This document shows positions 30,405-39,920 of a DNA stretch of 64,000 nt, piece after piece. Numbering within the stretch: position 1 is the stretch's first letter; the number at the start of each line of letters is the position of its first letter. This stretch comes from an uncultured Prevotellaceae bacterium (GTDB lineage: Bacteria; Bacteroidota; Bacteroidia; Bacteroidales; Bacteroidaceae), in assembly GCA_902789415.1 (NCBI GenBank), contig CADAOD010000021.1:5030-69029 (forward strand), given 5' to 3'. A program made the position numbers and the translations under genes. The notes under the pieces were generated by a model. That model made no database searches. It was not told where the DNA came from and saw only the letters and a program-made list of their open reading frames with translations.

Positions 30405-31256
30405 ATGTCAGTAGGTTTATTTGCAAAATTAGCGAAAGAGGCAGCTCCGATATTAGAAAACCAATCGGCGCTAAAGGCTGCTGGTAAGGTTGCTAAATAT
30501 GGTGGGATTACCCTTGGAGTAGGTGGTTTCGGAATCTATCATATGATTACCGGCAAGGGTCTTGTTGACGTTGCTGGTAATACCATCCTTGGTGAAGAGT
30601 ATGAGAAGGAAGGCCTTGCAGGTGTTGTAAAGAAGAAAGCCACTGGTACCGCTGGAGCCGACAAAGGTCTTGTAGAAGGTGTTACGGATGCTGCAATGGG
30701 TGCAGGCACCTATCAGAAGATTGGCGATACTGCCGATCAGGTAGTTGACTCAGTAGGTAACGGTGTTCGAGCCGCCCGTGATGCAGCAGGAAATCTTATT
30801 TCCGGTGCTGCCGGAGCTGTTCAGGGTATGGCTGGCGGTGGTCAGCAGCAGCCGACGTATGCCGATCCCAATACAGGCTATGTTCCCCAGCAGACAATGA
30901 TGAATGGCGGTGCAAGTCAGTTTACAGGCATGTTCAACAGCGTTCCTCAGATGATAGGTAATATGACAGGCAGCAATGTCACATTGACAAATCTTGCAGG
31001 TCTTATTGCCTCTGCTTACATGATGATGGGGCCTTTTGGTTGGATGGGTAAGATTGCCAGTCTGTTGACAGGTAATATGGCATTGAAGTCCATGCGCCAG
31101 CAGCCTGCATATGCGATGCCCCAGCAGGGCTATTACCCCCAGATGCAGCAGGGCTATTACCCCCAGATGCAGCAGCCCTATTACCCTGCTGCTCAACCAT
31201 CTCCGCAGCAGCAACAGGAAGACAATAATCCCGTTTATCGTTCAAGACATCTATAA
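30405..31256 (+). CDS. Gly/Ala-rich putative membrane protein with QQGYYPQM repeats
   Basis: ORF track; hydrophobic Gly-rich segments; 24-bp tandem repeat at 31122-31186. Confidence 0.7.
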   Translation: MSVGLFAKLAKEAAPILENQSALKAAGKVAKYGGITLGVGGFGIYHMITGKGLVDVAGNTILGEEYEKEGLAGVVKKKATGTAGADKGLVEGVTDAAMGAGTYQKIGDTADQVVDSVGNGVRAARDAAGNLISGAAGAVQGMAGGGQQQPTYADPNTGYVPQQTMMNGGASQFTGMFNSVPQMIGNMTGSNVTLTNLAGLIASAYMMMGPFGWMGKIASLLTGNMALKSMRQQPAYAMPQQGYYPQMQQGYYPQMQQPYYPAAQPSPQQQQEDNNPVYRSRHL

Positions 31257-31266
31257 TTTGAATACT

Positions 31267-32046
31267 ATGAACTCTATAAGATTATATAGTTTCTTCATTC
31301 TTTTCTCTGTGTCATTACTTTCGCACGGACAGATGACCTATAACCACGATCCTGTGGTGATGAACCAGTTCATGAAGGCTGAGATCGGTTCCGGTACCCT
31401 TGGTGCAGGTTATTTTTATGCAGAACAGGTTTATTATGGTCAACTGCACAAAGGATATCGTAATATGGCCAATAATCCAGCCAATAATAAGCTTGCCAGC
31501 AGAACGTTGACCTATGCCGAAGTCTTAAAGCAGGAAAATTATGCTCTTCAGATAAAGGACTCCTTAGAGAAACGTGCTGAGATAGAACTCCTGAACATGG
31601 CAGATCGTCAGCTTGATGTAGAGTGGTTGGTAGAGAAAGAAAAGATTGAACGTCAGCAAGCCATATTCAAAAAGAGCATCCAGGATATTGTCTATTACGG
31701 TGGAACATCCTCTGATAAGACAAACTGGACAACCATTTATAATATGGTCCAGGAAAGTCTTGATGCTGCCCACGATGCTTATATGCCCAATAGCCAGCGT
31801 AAGGCTGTTTATCTGCTCCTTTATAAGGACTTGTGCACTTACAATACCACTCTTAATGAATGTAAGGCAAAGTGGTGGGCAGCCCGTTCCGTCCGCAATA
31901 ACGAAGGTGTTTCGCAGAAATTTACCAAGAATCGCTCCATGATATCTGATTGTTATGGACGTTGGAAGCTGGCATGGGCAGGTAAGAAGGGTAACGCCGG
32001 TGGCGTTCCTGGTAGTGGTGCCATCGGTATTGATGCTGGTAAATGA
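31267..32046 (+). CDS. Secreted conjugation-associated protein, DUF5045-like (start moved to ATG 31267)
   Basis: Signal peptide; TYNHD..KRAEIELLNMADRQLDVEW..DAYMPNSQRK. Confidence 0.65.
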   Translation: MNSIRLYSFFILFSVSLLSHGQMTYNHDPVVMNQFMKAEIGSGTLGAGYFYAEQVYYGQLHKGYRNMANNPANNKLASRTLTYAEVLKQENYALQIKDSLEKRAEIELLNMADRQLDVEWLVEKEKIERQQAIFKKSIQDIVYYGGTSSDKTNWTTIYNMVQESLDAAHDAYMPNSQRKAVYLLLYKDLCTYNTTLNECKAKWWAARSVRNNEGVSQKFTKNRSMISDCYGRWKLAWAGKKGNAGGVPGSGAIGIDAGK

Positions 32047-32062
32047 TACAAAAGAATATAAT

Positions 32063-32755
32063 ATGAAACAATTCCTTTACATATTGATTTTGTTTTCTTT
32101 GTGTCTGACTGCAACGGCCCAGACTGTTTCTGAGACAAATGGCACTCAGATAGCTGCTATCAGAGGTCTCGGCGGAAAAATCAGCAAGGAGATATCTAAG
32201 CAGACTACTTCACAGACCAAGACGGACCTGTTGGCAGGTGCCATCGGTACGGAGTTCCTGGCCATCAAAGGCTGGGAAGGAAAGTATAACTCATATCTGA
32301 AGACGGCACAGGGTTATGCAGAGGGCCTGAAAGGGGCTGTTACGCTCTATGCCGAAGGGGTGACAACGCTTCGTCATCTGTATGAGATAACGAAGGCCAT
32401 CAAGAATAACCCCCAAGGGGTGATGGCTACCGTGTCGATGAACAACCTCTATGCCGAGACAGCAGCAGAGCTGATTAAGGTATATAACGTTCTGAAATAC
32501 ACAATAGCCGTAGGCGGTAAGACAAACATGCTGACAGGCGCAGAGCGTACCGAGCTGTTATGGGAAATCAATGACAGCATGCAGGACTTTAACCGGAAGC
32601 TTCGCCAGCTGGCTCTCAGTATCGCATACTATAACATGACGGATGTCTGGAACAGGGCGACAACAGGACTGATAGAGCGGAACCACGGCGAGATAGCCCG
32701 TCAGGCCTACGGGCGGTGGGTAAGAGCACAGACGGCATATAAGAACCTTCAATAA
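32063..32755 (+). CDS. Secreted helical conjugation-associated protein (start moved to ATG 32063)
   Basis: Signal peptide; WEGKYNSYLKTAQGYA..NPQG....SMNNLY..NMLTGAER recalled from Prevotella tra regions. Confidence 0.65.
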   Translation: MKQFLYILILFSLCLTATAQTVSETNGTQIAAIRGLGGKISKEISKQTTSQTKTDLLAGAIGTEFLAIKGWEGKYNSYLKTAQGYAEGLKGAVTLYAEGVTTLRHLYEITKAIKNNPQGVMATVSMNNLYAETAAELIKVYNVLKYTIAVGGKTNMLTGAERTELLWEINDSMQDFNRKLRQLALSIAYYNMTDVWNRATTGLIERNHGEIARQAYGRWVRAQTAYKNLQ

Positions 32756-32761
32756 AATATT

Positions 32762-33847
32762 ATGGCAAAGAAAAATATAATTGCAACAGACCAAGACACC
32801 CAAGAATTAAAGAAAAAAGTGAAGACAGAGAATAAGGGTGATGTCGAGCAACCAAAGATTTACCAAACGGACATGATGGTAAATAATGGTGGTGGCAAGC
32901 GATTAGCCACTATCAGCGAGGAGGCAGTGCTTCGTACCCAGAATCTCAATGTTGCCACCATTACTTCTCATAAAGGAGATGGACATACCTTTGAGATTAG
33001 CAATATGAGTGTTGAATCTGCCATGGAGGATCTTGACAGGGCGTGTAATTATCGTACTGGTGGACAATATTCCGATGACATCAAAGCGTTATTGAATGAC
33101 AAATATCTACTCCATGCGCTGGTGGACGGACAGGATGTCCAGATGGTTATATCAAAGGAAGATCATGACCGTTTCCTTAAAGCTAACGAAGAGAACCGCC
33201 TTGAAATCGTCCGTCAGATTCTTGACATAGATCCTGGTCATATTAAAAGAGGTCAAGATGTTGAAAATCTGGTAGTTCAGGTTAAATCTACAGACGGGAA
33301 ATTATCTACGTCTCACCATGTCTTTGACGATGAAGGGTTACGTCGTTATGAAAATGAACTGGGACACAAACTTATACCGCCCAAGCCACAAATAATTGAG
33401 GATGCAAAGACAAGCATCCAAAAACAAGAGAATGATTATAAATTGACTATTATCTTGGACGGTAAAGTCTATAACGCCACAATGACACAGCAGCAGCACG
33501 ACAAAATGATGGCCTTGGATGATCGTCAGAAAGTCAACTTCCTCCAAAAGCTGTTGCCGGAAGCAAACATCAAAGGACAGTCAACCGACACACAACAAGC
33601 CATCCTGCAAACTCTGAATAACTCCCTCTATAATATACAGCCTAAAGCAGAGGTATATGCCTCGGCTACGCAAAGCCAAGGTAATCAGCGGACTGCGCCC
33701 AATGTTCAAGAAAGACTATCCGAAAACCAATCTCTTAATTCATCCCTTCACACAAACCTGTCAGAGATGACTGCAGCCTGCTTTGAACAGTTAGACAGAG
33801 ACAGCCAGGAGATTGCCCAGTCAGAACATAGAGGTCTTAGCATGTAA
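32762..33847 (+). CDS. Conjugative-element-associated hypothetical protein
   Basis: EEAVLRTQNLNVATITSH.GDGHTF..MEDLDRAC, with an internal duplicated domain (ISKEDHDRFL / MTQQQHDKMM). Confidence 0.65.
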   Translation: MAKKNIIATDQDTQELKKKVKTENKGDVEQPKIYQTDMMVNNGGGKRLATISEEAVLRTQNLNVATITSHKGDGHTFEISNMSVESAMEDLDRACNYRTGGQYSDDIKALLNDKYLLHALVDGQDVQMVISKEDHDRFLKANEENRLEIVRQILDIDPGHIKRGQDVENLVVQVKSTDGKLSTSHHVFDDEGLRRYENELGHKLIPPKPQIIEDAKTSIQKQENDYKLTIILDGKVYNATMTQQQHDKMMALDDRQKVNFLQKLLPEANIKGQSTDTQQAILQTLNNSLYNIQPKAEVYASATQSQGNQRTAPNVQERLSENQSLNSSLHTNLSEMTAACFEQLDRDSQEIAQSEHRGLSM

Positions 33848-33849
33848 TT

Positions 33850-35076
33850 ATGGTACACCCTGACAACATATCAAGCAAACCAGATTTCAGAGTGATTATA
33901 GCTGGAGGACGTGACTTCAATGACTACGCTCTTCTCAAAGCCAAATGTGACAACATATTGGCTGAGAAAACGGCTACACATCGGATAGTCATCGTGTCTG
34001 GAGCTGCCAGAGGTGCTGACAGCCTCGGTGAACGGTATGCCCGTGAACATGGCTATACTCTCGACTCTCACCCTGCCGACTGGAATACTCACGGAAAATC
34101 TGCCGGATATGTTAGAAACGCTCAGATGGCAAACAGTGCCGATGCCCTGATAGCATTCTGGGACGGTCATAGTCGAGGAACCAAGCATATGATTGACACA
34201 TCAGTCAGAAATGGGCTGTCAGTGAGAACAATATTATACGCAAATCAGATAACAAAGAATAATATGGAAGTAAAACAACAATCACACTCCGATATAGACT
34301 ATCTTATAGATGAAGACAAGAACGAAGTTATTGTCGAAGCGGATGAAATAGAAACCGATGAATTATGTAGCATCGGTAAAGCAATGGGAGGACAATTAAG
34401 TACGACAAAGAATGGTCGCATCATGTTTACGTTTAATACGCTGCAAGAAGGTCACCATTTTGGTTCGACTATGGTAGAACTTGCCAAGGCCAGAGCCATC
34501 GGAAATAAGAATCTCGCCGATAAAATTCTTGAAAAGGCGTATTCCTCCAATAATCAAAGCTCACATTCTTCCCAGGATACAGAATTGGAATCGTTAAAAA
34601 ACAAGGTGAGTCAGTACGCTATCGAGCATATAACTGGTAAGGGTTCGCACAGTGGCATAGCCTGGTTCCGCGACTCCTTCAATGAGTACTGCGATGCGAT
34701 AGGTGCCAACGAGTACGATCCCGATGACCTAAGTTTTGAAATTGAAGATCTCGTAGATAACATAAAAAAAGCCCCATGGGTGGCTGAAATAGCAGGCAAA
34801 CCAACAGATAAACGCACTACGGCTGACATTGACCGTGTTGTCAAAGATTTCATCTGCGAATATTGGCTGATGCAACCGGAAGAGGTAACCACCAAGAATG
34901 TTGCCGACGTCCTGAAAGTTGCAGATCCACTCAGCCACCGTCATCTTGTAGGACAGAAGATAGCCATCGATTGCATCCATGCGCTCAACCAGGAGCAGTT
35001 ACAGCAACTCGATGCTGTTCTGCGAGATCTCGAGAAAAATCCCAACCTCGGCAAAACAAACGAATTAAAAATATAG
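33850..35076 (+). CDS. SLOG-superfamily (DUF2493/YspA-like) domain fused to an uncharacterised C-terminal region
   Basis: RVIIAGGRDF, VSGAARGAD..GERYA, DW..HGKSAGYVRNAQM..ADALIAFWDG.SRGT.HMI. Confidence 0.85.
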   Translation: MVHPDNISSKPDFRVIIAGGRDFNDYALLKAKCDNILAEKTATHRIVIVSGAARGADSLGERYAREHGYTLDSHPADWNTHGKSAGYVRNAQMANSADALIAFWDGHSRGTKHMIDTSVRNGLSVRTILYANQITKNNMEVKQQSHSDIDYLIDEDKNEVIVEADEIETDELCSIGKAMGGQLSTTKNGRIMFTFNTLQEGHHFGSTMVELAKARAIGNKNLADKILEKAYSSNNQSSHSSQDTELESLKNKVSQYAIEHITGKGSHSGIAWFRDSFNEYCDAIGANEYDPDDLSFEIEDLVDNIKKAPWVAEIAGKPTDKRTTADIDRVVKDFICEYWLMQPEEVTTKNVADVLKVADPLSHRHLVGQKIAIDCIHALNQEQLQQLDAVLRDLEKNPNLGKTNELKI

Positions 35077-35098
35077 GTTTATAATAAGTGTATAAATT

Positions 35099-35797
35099 AT
35101 GAAGAAAATAGTGTTATTTATAATGCTAATGCTGCCGATGGCAGTCATGGCACAGAAGGATGTAACGACGTTCTTGGGTATTCCTGTTGATGGCACCAAA
35201 GATGCCATGATTCACAAACTTGCCCAGAAAGGATTCAAGAAAGCTCCATATGGCAAAGAATATGATATGACGGGTGAGTTTAATGGGGAAAAAGTAGAAC
35301 TTAACATCGTTACATACAAGAATAAGGTCTGGAGAATCGCCGTTGCCGATAAAACAATACGACCAGAATCTGACATAAGAATTAGATTCAATAACTTGGT
35401 AGATCAATTCGACACCAACAACAAATATATACCTGTAAATTTCGGCCAGCAAAATTTTAAGATTCAGTTTGACGAAAATATTTCTTATGAAATGATGGTG
35501 AATAATAAACGTTACCAAGCTGCATATTATCAGATAGTTGACGTCAGCAAAATAGACACGCTGGAAATCCAAAACAGTATTCTCCAGACCCTGATAAAGA
35601 AATACGGAGAATCAGCAGTTGAGAAGAAGGAAACTGCAGTGGTAACAGAAGCCCAGAAATTGGCAATTGAACATTATACCGATATCCTGGACCATAAACA
35701 TGTCTGGTTTATGATTAACCGGCAAGGTTATAATAATTACAGCATATTTTTATATTATGACAACGAGTATAACCACTTTTCCAACGAGGATTTATAA
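35099..35797 (+). CDS. Hypothetical secreted protein
   Basis: Signal peptide MKKIVLFIMLMLPMAVMAQ; TFLGIPVDGT. Confidence 0.7.
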   Translation: MKKIVLFIMLMLPMAVMAQKDVTTFLGIPVDGTKDAMIHKLAQKGFKKAPYGKEYDMTGEFNGEKVELNIVTYKNKVWRIAVADKTIRPESDIRIRFNNLVDQFDTNNKYIPVNFGQQNFKIQFDENISYEMMVNNKRYQAAYYQIVDVSKIDTLEIQNSILQTLIKKYGESAVEKKETAVVTEAQKLAIEHYTDILDHKHVWFMINRQGYNNYSIFLYYDNEYNHFSNEDL

Positions 35798-35805
35798 TCA
35801 TTATT

Positions 35806-36258
35806 ATGGAAGTATACGAAAACTATGTGCGTAGCATAGAAGTAACAACATCTGACTGGCTTGTCTTCTACGAAGAAATCAAAAATCATATCGTATCGAC
35901 AATCGAAAAGAATGTCGGGAAGGGTAAGATTGAAAAGATTAATTTGGGAATAGACTTTCATGACCACCCCCTTCTTGAAATCACCGTTTTGTTGACATGG
36001 GGTAATGATGGGTGTAAACCTAATGAAGAAGTGAAGAAACAGGTTTATGGACTTCTGACAGAATTACATATTCATTATAAAAACGGATGGAGAGATTATA
36101 GAGCAAAAGATTATTATAATTACCCGCATTCTACATCGGAAATCAAAGGTGTCTTAAGTATGTGTCCCGATGAAATTGAATATGCCATCCTGAAGGAGAA
36201 AGGATATATTCAAATTGAAAATAAAACGGAATTAAAAACAAGTTTTTTAAGAAGATAA
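35806..36258 (+). CDS. Hypothetical protein
   Basis: 150-aa ORF in a tightly packed operon. Confidence 0.6.
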   Translation: MEVYENYVRSIEVTTSDWLVFYEEIKNHIVSTIEKNVGKGKIEKINLGIDFHDHPLLEITVLLTWGNDGCKPNEEVKKQVYGLLTELHIHYKNGWRDYRAKDYYNYPHSTSEIKGVLSMCPDEIEYAILKEKGYIQIENKTELKTSFLRR

Positions 36259-36262
36259 TATT

Positions 36263-37279
36263 ATGATAGTAAAGGACAAACATTTTAATGCAGCACTTTT
36301 CGCTGGTAATTTAAATGACGGCATCCGAGATTTGGACGCTGCCGACGTACCTACTTTGAAAGAACTTTCAAAGATTGAGGACCATTATGTTAATGTGCTG
36401 AATATTCATGACGTCACATGTTCGAGGCGGTTTAATCCTATTCAACACAAGTATATTCCAACCCTTCAGGATGCTCTTATCCTTTCAGAAAGGATAACAA
36501 GCACATTTTGGAATGAAGAGGATTGTATGCCCAGATATTTTCAGCTCTACAAGGAAATATCGTCTGACATCCTTGCCGCTTGCATATGGTTTTTCGTAAA
36601 CTACAAAAAAATGCCATACGACAAAGATAGAAGACAGCTATACCCTGAATACTGCAAGGACATCGAGACGGGTAACATGAAGCCGACTGGTCGAGTATTT
36701 GACTCAGAAGCGAATATGATTCCCACAACACCAGACTATTGGCTCGGGAAATACTCCGACTTACCACATATTCTTTCCTTCCTGTGTCATGACTATAGTG
36801 AAATCATTGATATTCTTAAGACAGTTCCAGAAATTTATCCATTAATTACACCACTTATATCCAGCTGGCAGGACAAGACTATGGATCTGGTTGAATTGTT
36901 TACCATACCTCTCAGGACAATGTTAAACAAATTCTGTACTCCGGAGGCCTACTGGGTATTTCATCGTGACGGCGATGATTTCGACCTGAGAAGGAACGAA
37001 AACCTTCTTATCATAAACTGTCGCGAAGGATATGAGAAGGCTATGAATATGATGTCGATTCTTGTTACAGGGAAAGTTCCCGAACAGAGAATTATGGAGA
37101 TAAGCAACAAATATCCTTGGCGCGATACCATAATTGGAAATTTGACAGCCAAAATCTATGATTTTCGCCCTTACGAAACGAAGGAGAAAGTTCTTCTCGA
37201 AAACATGGAAAATGTTAACAGAGATGTGAACAATCTTATTTGTGAAATTCAGCAAGTATACAAATTTTTATATAAATAG
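36263..37279 (+). CDS. Stand-alone all-alpha-domain homologue of a VirD4/TraG-type coupling protein
   Basis: SRRFNPIQ.KYI, LAACIWFFVNY, KPTG.V.D, YWLGKYSDLPHILSFL, YWVFHRDGDDFDL match the recalled Prevotella T4CP core; no Walker A, Walker B or TM segments. Confidence 0.7.
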   Translation: MIVKDKHFNAALFAGNLNDGIRDLDAADVPTLKELSKIEDHYVNVLNIHDVTCSRRFNPIQHKYIPTLQDALILSERITSTFWNEEDCMPRYFQLYKEISSDILAACIWFFVNYKKMPYDKDRRQLYPEYCKDIETGNMKPTGRVFDSEANMIPTTPDYWLGKYSDLPHILSFLCHDYSEIIDILKTVPEIYPLITPLISSWQDKTMDLVELFTIPLRTMLNKFCTPEAYWVFHRDGDDFDLRRNENLLIINCREGYEKAMNMMSILVTGKVPEQRIMEISNKYPWRDTIIGNLTAKIYDFRPYETKEKVLLENMENVNRDVNNLICEIQQVYKFLYK

Positions 37280-37282
37280 ACC

Positions 37283-37603
37283 ATGTACATCATATGGATT
37301 CTTATAGTAGGTGCTGCAATTAGTGGAGTCATAGAAGGCTTTACCAAAGCTCGTCGCAAAAGAAATCAACGCAGGGAGTATGAGAAATACAAATATAATC
37401 CTTATACGACTCGTGGCTTTAATACATTATATGTATTTGAATCGAACGGTTCTTTCTGTGTGAGTGGCGATCCAGAATATTATCTACATTCTTCCCCAGA
37501 AGAAGATTTTGAACTTCCGATAGATTTACCTCCAGATGAATACCATGAATCAGCTGATGTGTGCACGGATGAGGAAGAAATAAGCTCCATCAAATATAAA
37601 TAA
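37283..37603 (+). CDS. Small single-TM hypothetical protein
   Basis: MYIIWILIVGAAISGV followed by a basic stretch. Confidence 0.6.
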   Translation: MYIIWILIVGAAISGVIEGFTKARRKRNQRREYEKYKYNPYTTRGFNTLYVFESNGSFCVSGDPEYYLHSSPEEDFELPIDLPPDEYHESADVCTDEEEISSIKYK

Positions 37604-37605
37604 GT

Positions 37606-37911
37606 ATGACTGACAGCAAGCGACTCTCTATATATAACAGGTATCACGGTCACTGTGCTTACTGTGGTCAGTACATGAAGCAAAAGAACATGACTGTTGA
37701 TCATTTGATACCTCAAAGCAAAGGCGGAGGCAACAACATTGAGAACCTAATGCCGTGTTGCAAGAGTTGTAACAGCATGAAAGCTGCTGACAGTCTGGAG
37801 GTATTTCGTCTCCGTTTCTTCTGGGGCACCCTGCATCCATCGGAACTGTCAACATATGACAATATGATCTCGGTCATGAAAAAGAAAAATTTCTATTTTG
37901 AGACAGAATAA
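37606..37911 (+). CDS. HNH endonuclease
   Basis: CAYCG..TVDHLIPQSKGGGNNIENLMPCCKSCNSMK. Confidence 0.92.
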   Translation: MTDSKRLSIYNRYHGHCAYCGQYMKQKNMTVDHLIPQSKGGGNNIENLMPCCKSCNSMKAADSLEVFRLRFFWGTLHPSELSTYDNMISVMKKKNFYFETE

Positions 37912-37928
37912 CAAGCAATATTATAGCG

Positions 37929-38297
37929 ATGGGAAGAATGGCAAAATGGCGTAAAGATGAAAAGATGTACACCACATTGATTGACCTCATGCGGAAATAT
38001 CTTAGTCATTACAACACCCCGAACATTGACTGTCAACTGAAGGATCAGTTTAACAGTTACTTTGCTTGGCATGAAAACAACTTGGAGGGTGGACACATCG
38101 AGAGCTTTGGCGGACCAGCAGGGAGCCTGCAGAATCGTTATATTCTTGCAGGGAAGCTCGCCCTCGATGCCCCAAGGTGCCTTCCTGGTCCTTCTGACTG
38201 GATGAAGCCCGGACGTCTGGCATCCCTCATAAAAAAGCTCAGGGACATCGCCTATGATATTGATTTAAGGAGCACGGAAATTGTTCGCAAAGTATAA
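37929..38297 (+). CDS. Hypothetical protein
   Basis: 122-aa ORF, last gene of the operon. Confidence 0.55.
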   Translation: MGRMAKWRKDEKMYTTLIDLMRKYLSHYNTPNIDCQLKDQFNSYFAWHENNLEGGHIESFGGPAGSLQNRYILAGKLALDAPRCLPGPSDWMKPGRLASLIKKLRDIAYDIDLRSTEIVRKV

Positions 38298-38371
38298 TCT
38301 TTTATTGAATGTTTCTGAAAAAAAATAGAAGAATCCTTTGGTCATTTGAATTATTCTTCGTACCTTTGCAC

Positions 38372-38557
38372 CATAAGACAAACGGACAGCAGTGTGAAAG
38401 GTCGCGATAGTGGCGTAATGTGAGGCACCTGTCTGCTGTTGGTTCCTGGACATGAGCATGGTAACTGGCTCACTTCTTTGCAGGGTAAAGTCCAGACGAT
38501 TTCAGAAGAACTGAAGGGAAAGACCACAGAGATCCACGGGATTTCTGTGGTCTTTTT
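38372..38557 (+). ncRNA. Candidate ~185-nt structured small RNA or terminated leader
   Basis: Consensus promoter TTTG(38337)-N20-TACCTTTG(38361); several stems; 17-bp terminator hairpin 38519-38557. Confidence 0.6.
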
Positions 38558-38678
38558 GCGTGTATACCCCAGTGGTGCGTAGCGGCCCACGGTGAAAAAA
38601 TAAAATAATAGTCATGCCATCTCGGCTCCGGGTGTCCGCTACCACCCGTCCGGGGTGGCTAACTAATTTTTTATAGTT

Positions 38679-39140
38679 ATGAGAAAATCAAAGTTCAGAA
38701 TCATAACCAAAAAGGAACTTCGGGAAGTAACTGAACGTTTCTTTGGAGAGTGTGTATTTGTCTATAACCATGAACACAAATGGATACACGTTTATGTGAA
38801 AGAGCCTGTTGTTACAGCTAAAACATTCAAGAAGTGGCTCAAAGAATGTTTCGGCGAATATCTTACCCAAAATCTTCCTTGGCATCCCCTTGATAATGAG
38901 AAGAAAGAAGACCAGGCGAAACGACTGGGTTTCTCTGAATGGGAGCCTGGTGAATATTACAAGTTAGGCCGAAAGATAGAAGAGAAAGATGCCAACTTTA
39001 TGATTGACCAGTGGTCTGACTGGGCAACAGAACTTCACAAACGGTCCGTTATCTATCTTTCGAAAGAAATTGTAGAAAGCTGTATCAAGGAGTACCGTAT
39101 AAAGGCTCAGAAAGATATGATTGATAGACTCTGGGACTGA
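38679..39140 (+). CDS. Hypothetical protein
   Basis: 153-aa ORF with A/T-rich translation initiation region. Confidence 0.6.
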   Translation: MRKSKFRIITKKELREVTERFFGECVFVYNHEHKWIHVYVKEPVVTAKTFKKWLKECFGEYLTQNLPWHPLDNEKKEDQAKRLGFSEWEPGEYYKLGRKIEEKDANFMIDQWSDWATELHKRSVIYLSKEIVESCIKEYRIKAQKDMIDRLWD

Positions 39141-39267
39141 TAGAATAGAGAGTAAAAACATAGGGATTTCCCTTTGATATATAGGGATATTCCATTGATA
39201 ATCAGGAATTTATTATGTATCTTTGCAATAAAGAACAGAAGTATTAACCAATTTAAAACTAACAATT

Positions 39268-39801
39268 ATGAAAAAGAGTATTTTTCTGAATTTGATGACA
39301 GTAGCCATGATGGCTGCTATGTGTGTAACCTTTACAGCCTGTGGCGGTGATGACGGTGACAGCACGCCAGGTAAGCCAGACGGTCCGTCAGGACAAACAG
39401 GCAGCACAGAGTATGTAACCCCGTGTCTGGACTTTGGCAGCTCTATAGCACATGTGAAGGAGTATATGTCCGGCACCATCTGGCAGCTGAACGAGAACAG
39501 TAACGACGCTGTTCTGCTCTACATGAACAACCAGGCGACGACAGTGGTAAACTACATGTTCATCAACTCTAAGCTTCACATGACAACTGTTACCTATAAC
39601 GGCGGCGGTGAGAGCAAGGCAAATGCCTTCAAAGCGGAGATAGAGAAATTGTATGGCGTGACGATGACGCGCGAAAATGACCCCGACAACCCTGCCCAGT
39701 TCTCATATCATTGTACGGTAACCGTCAACCAGAAGAGCGTTGTTATCATGATGACCTGCTACGCACAAGGAATCAACATCCTTTATAGTTTGCCAGATTG
39801 A
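39268..39801 (+). CDS. Hypothetical lipoprotein
   Basis: Lipobox TFTAC-GGDD; promoter TATCTTTG near 39219. Confidence 0.75.
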   Translation: MKKSIFLNLMTVAMMAAMCVTFTACGGDDGDSTPGKPDGPSGQTGSTEYVTPCLDFGSSIAHVKEYMSGTIWQLNENSNDAVLLYMNNQATTVVNYMFINSKLHMTTVTYNGGGESKANAFKAEIEKLYGVTMTRENDPDNPAQFSYHCTVTVNQKSVVIMMTCYAQGINILYSLPD

Positions 39802-39920
39802 GACATGAAGAATGACAATATGAGCAGGCGTGACAATGAGCATGATGCCGACTACCTGCGACACCTCGACGAAGTGCTGCAGGAAGAGGAACAAGCACAC
39901 ACAGACTATCTCGACTGATT

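Noticed and set aside
31122-31186. 24-bp tandem repeat as a non-coding array
   Set aside because: In-frame QQGYYPQM repeat within the 283-aa ORF
38372-38557. Retron msr-msd or IscB/TnpB omega RNA
   Set aside because: No reverse transcriptase, IscB or TnpB in the element; the adjacent HNH is a 101-aa stand-alone domain without RuvC
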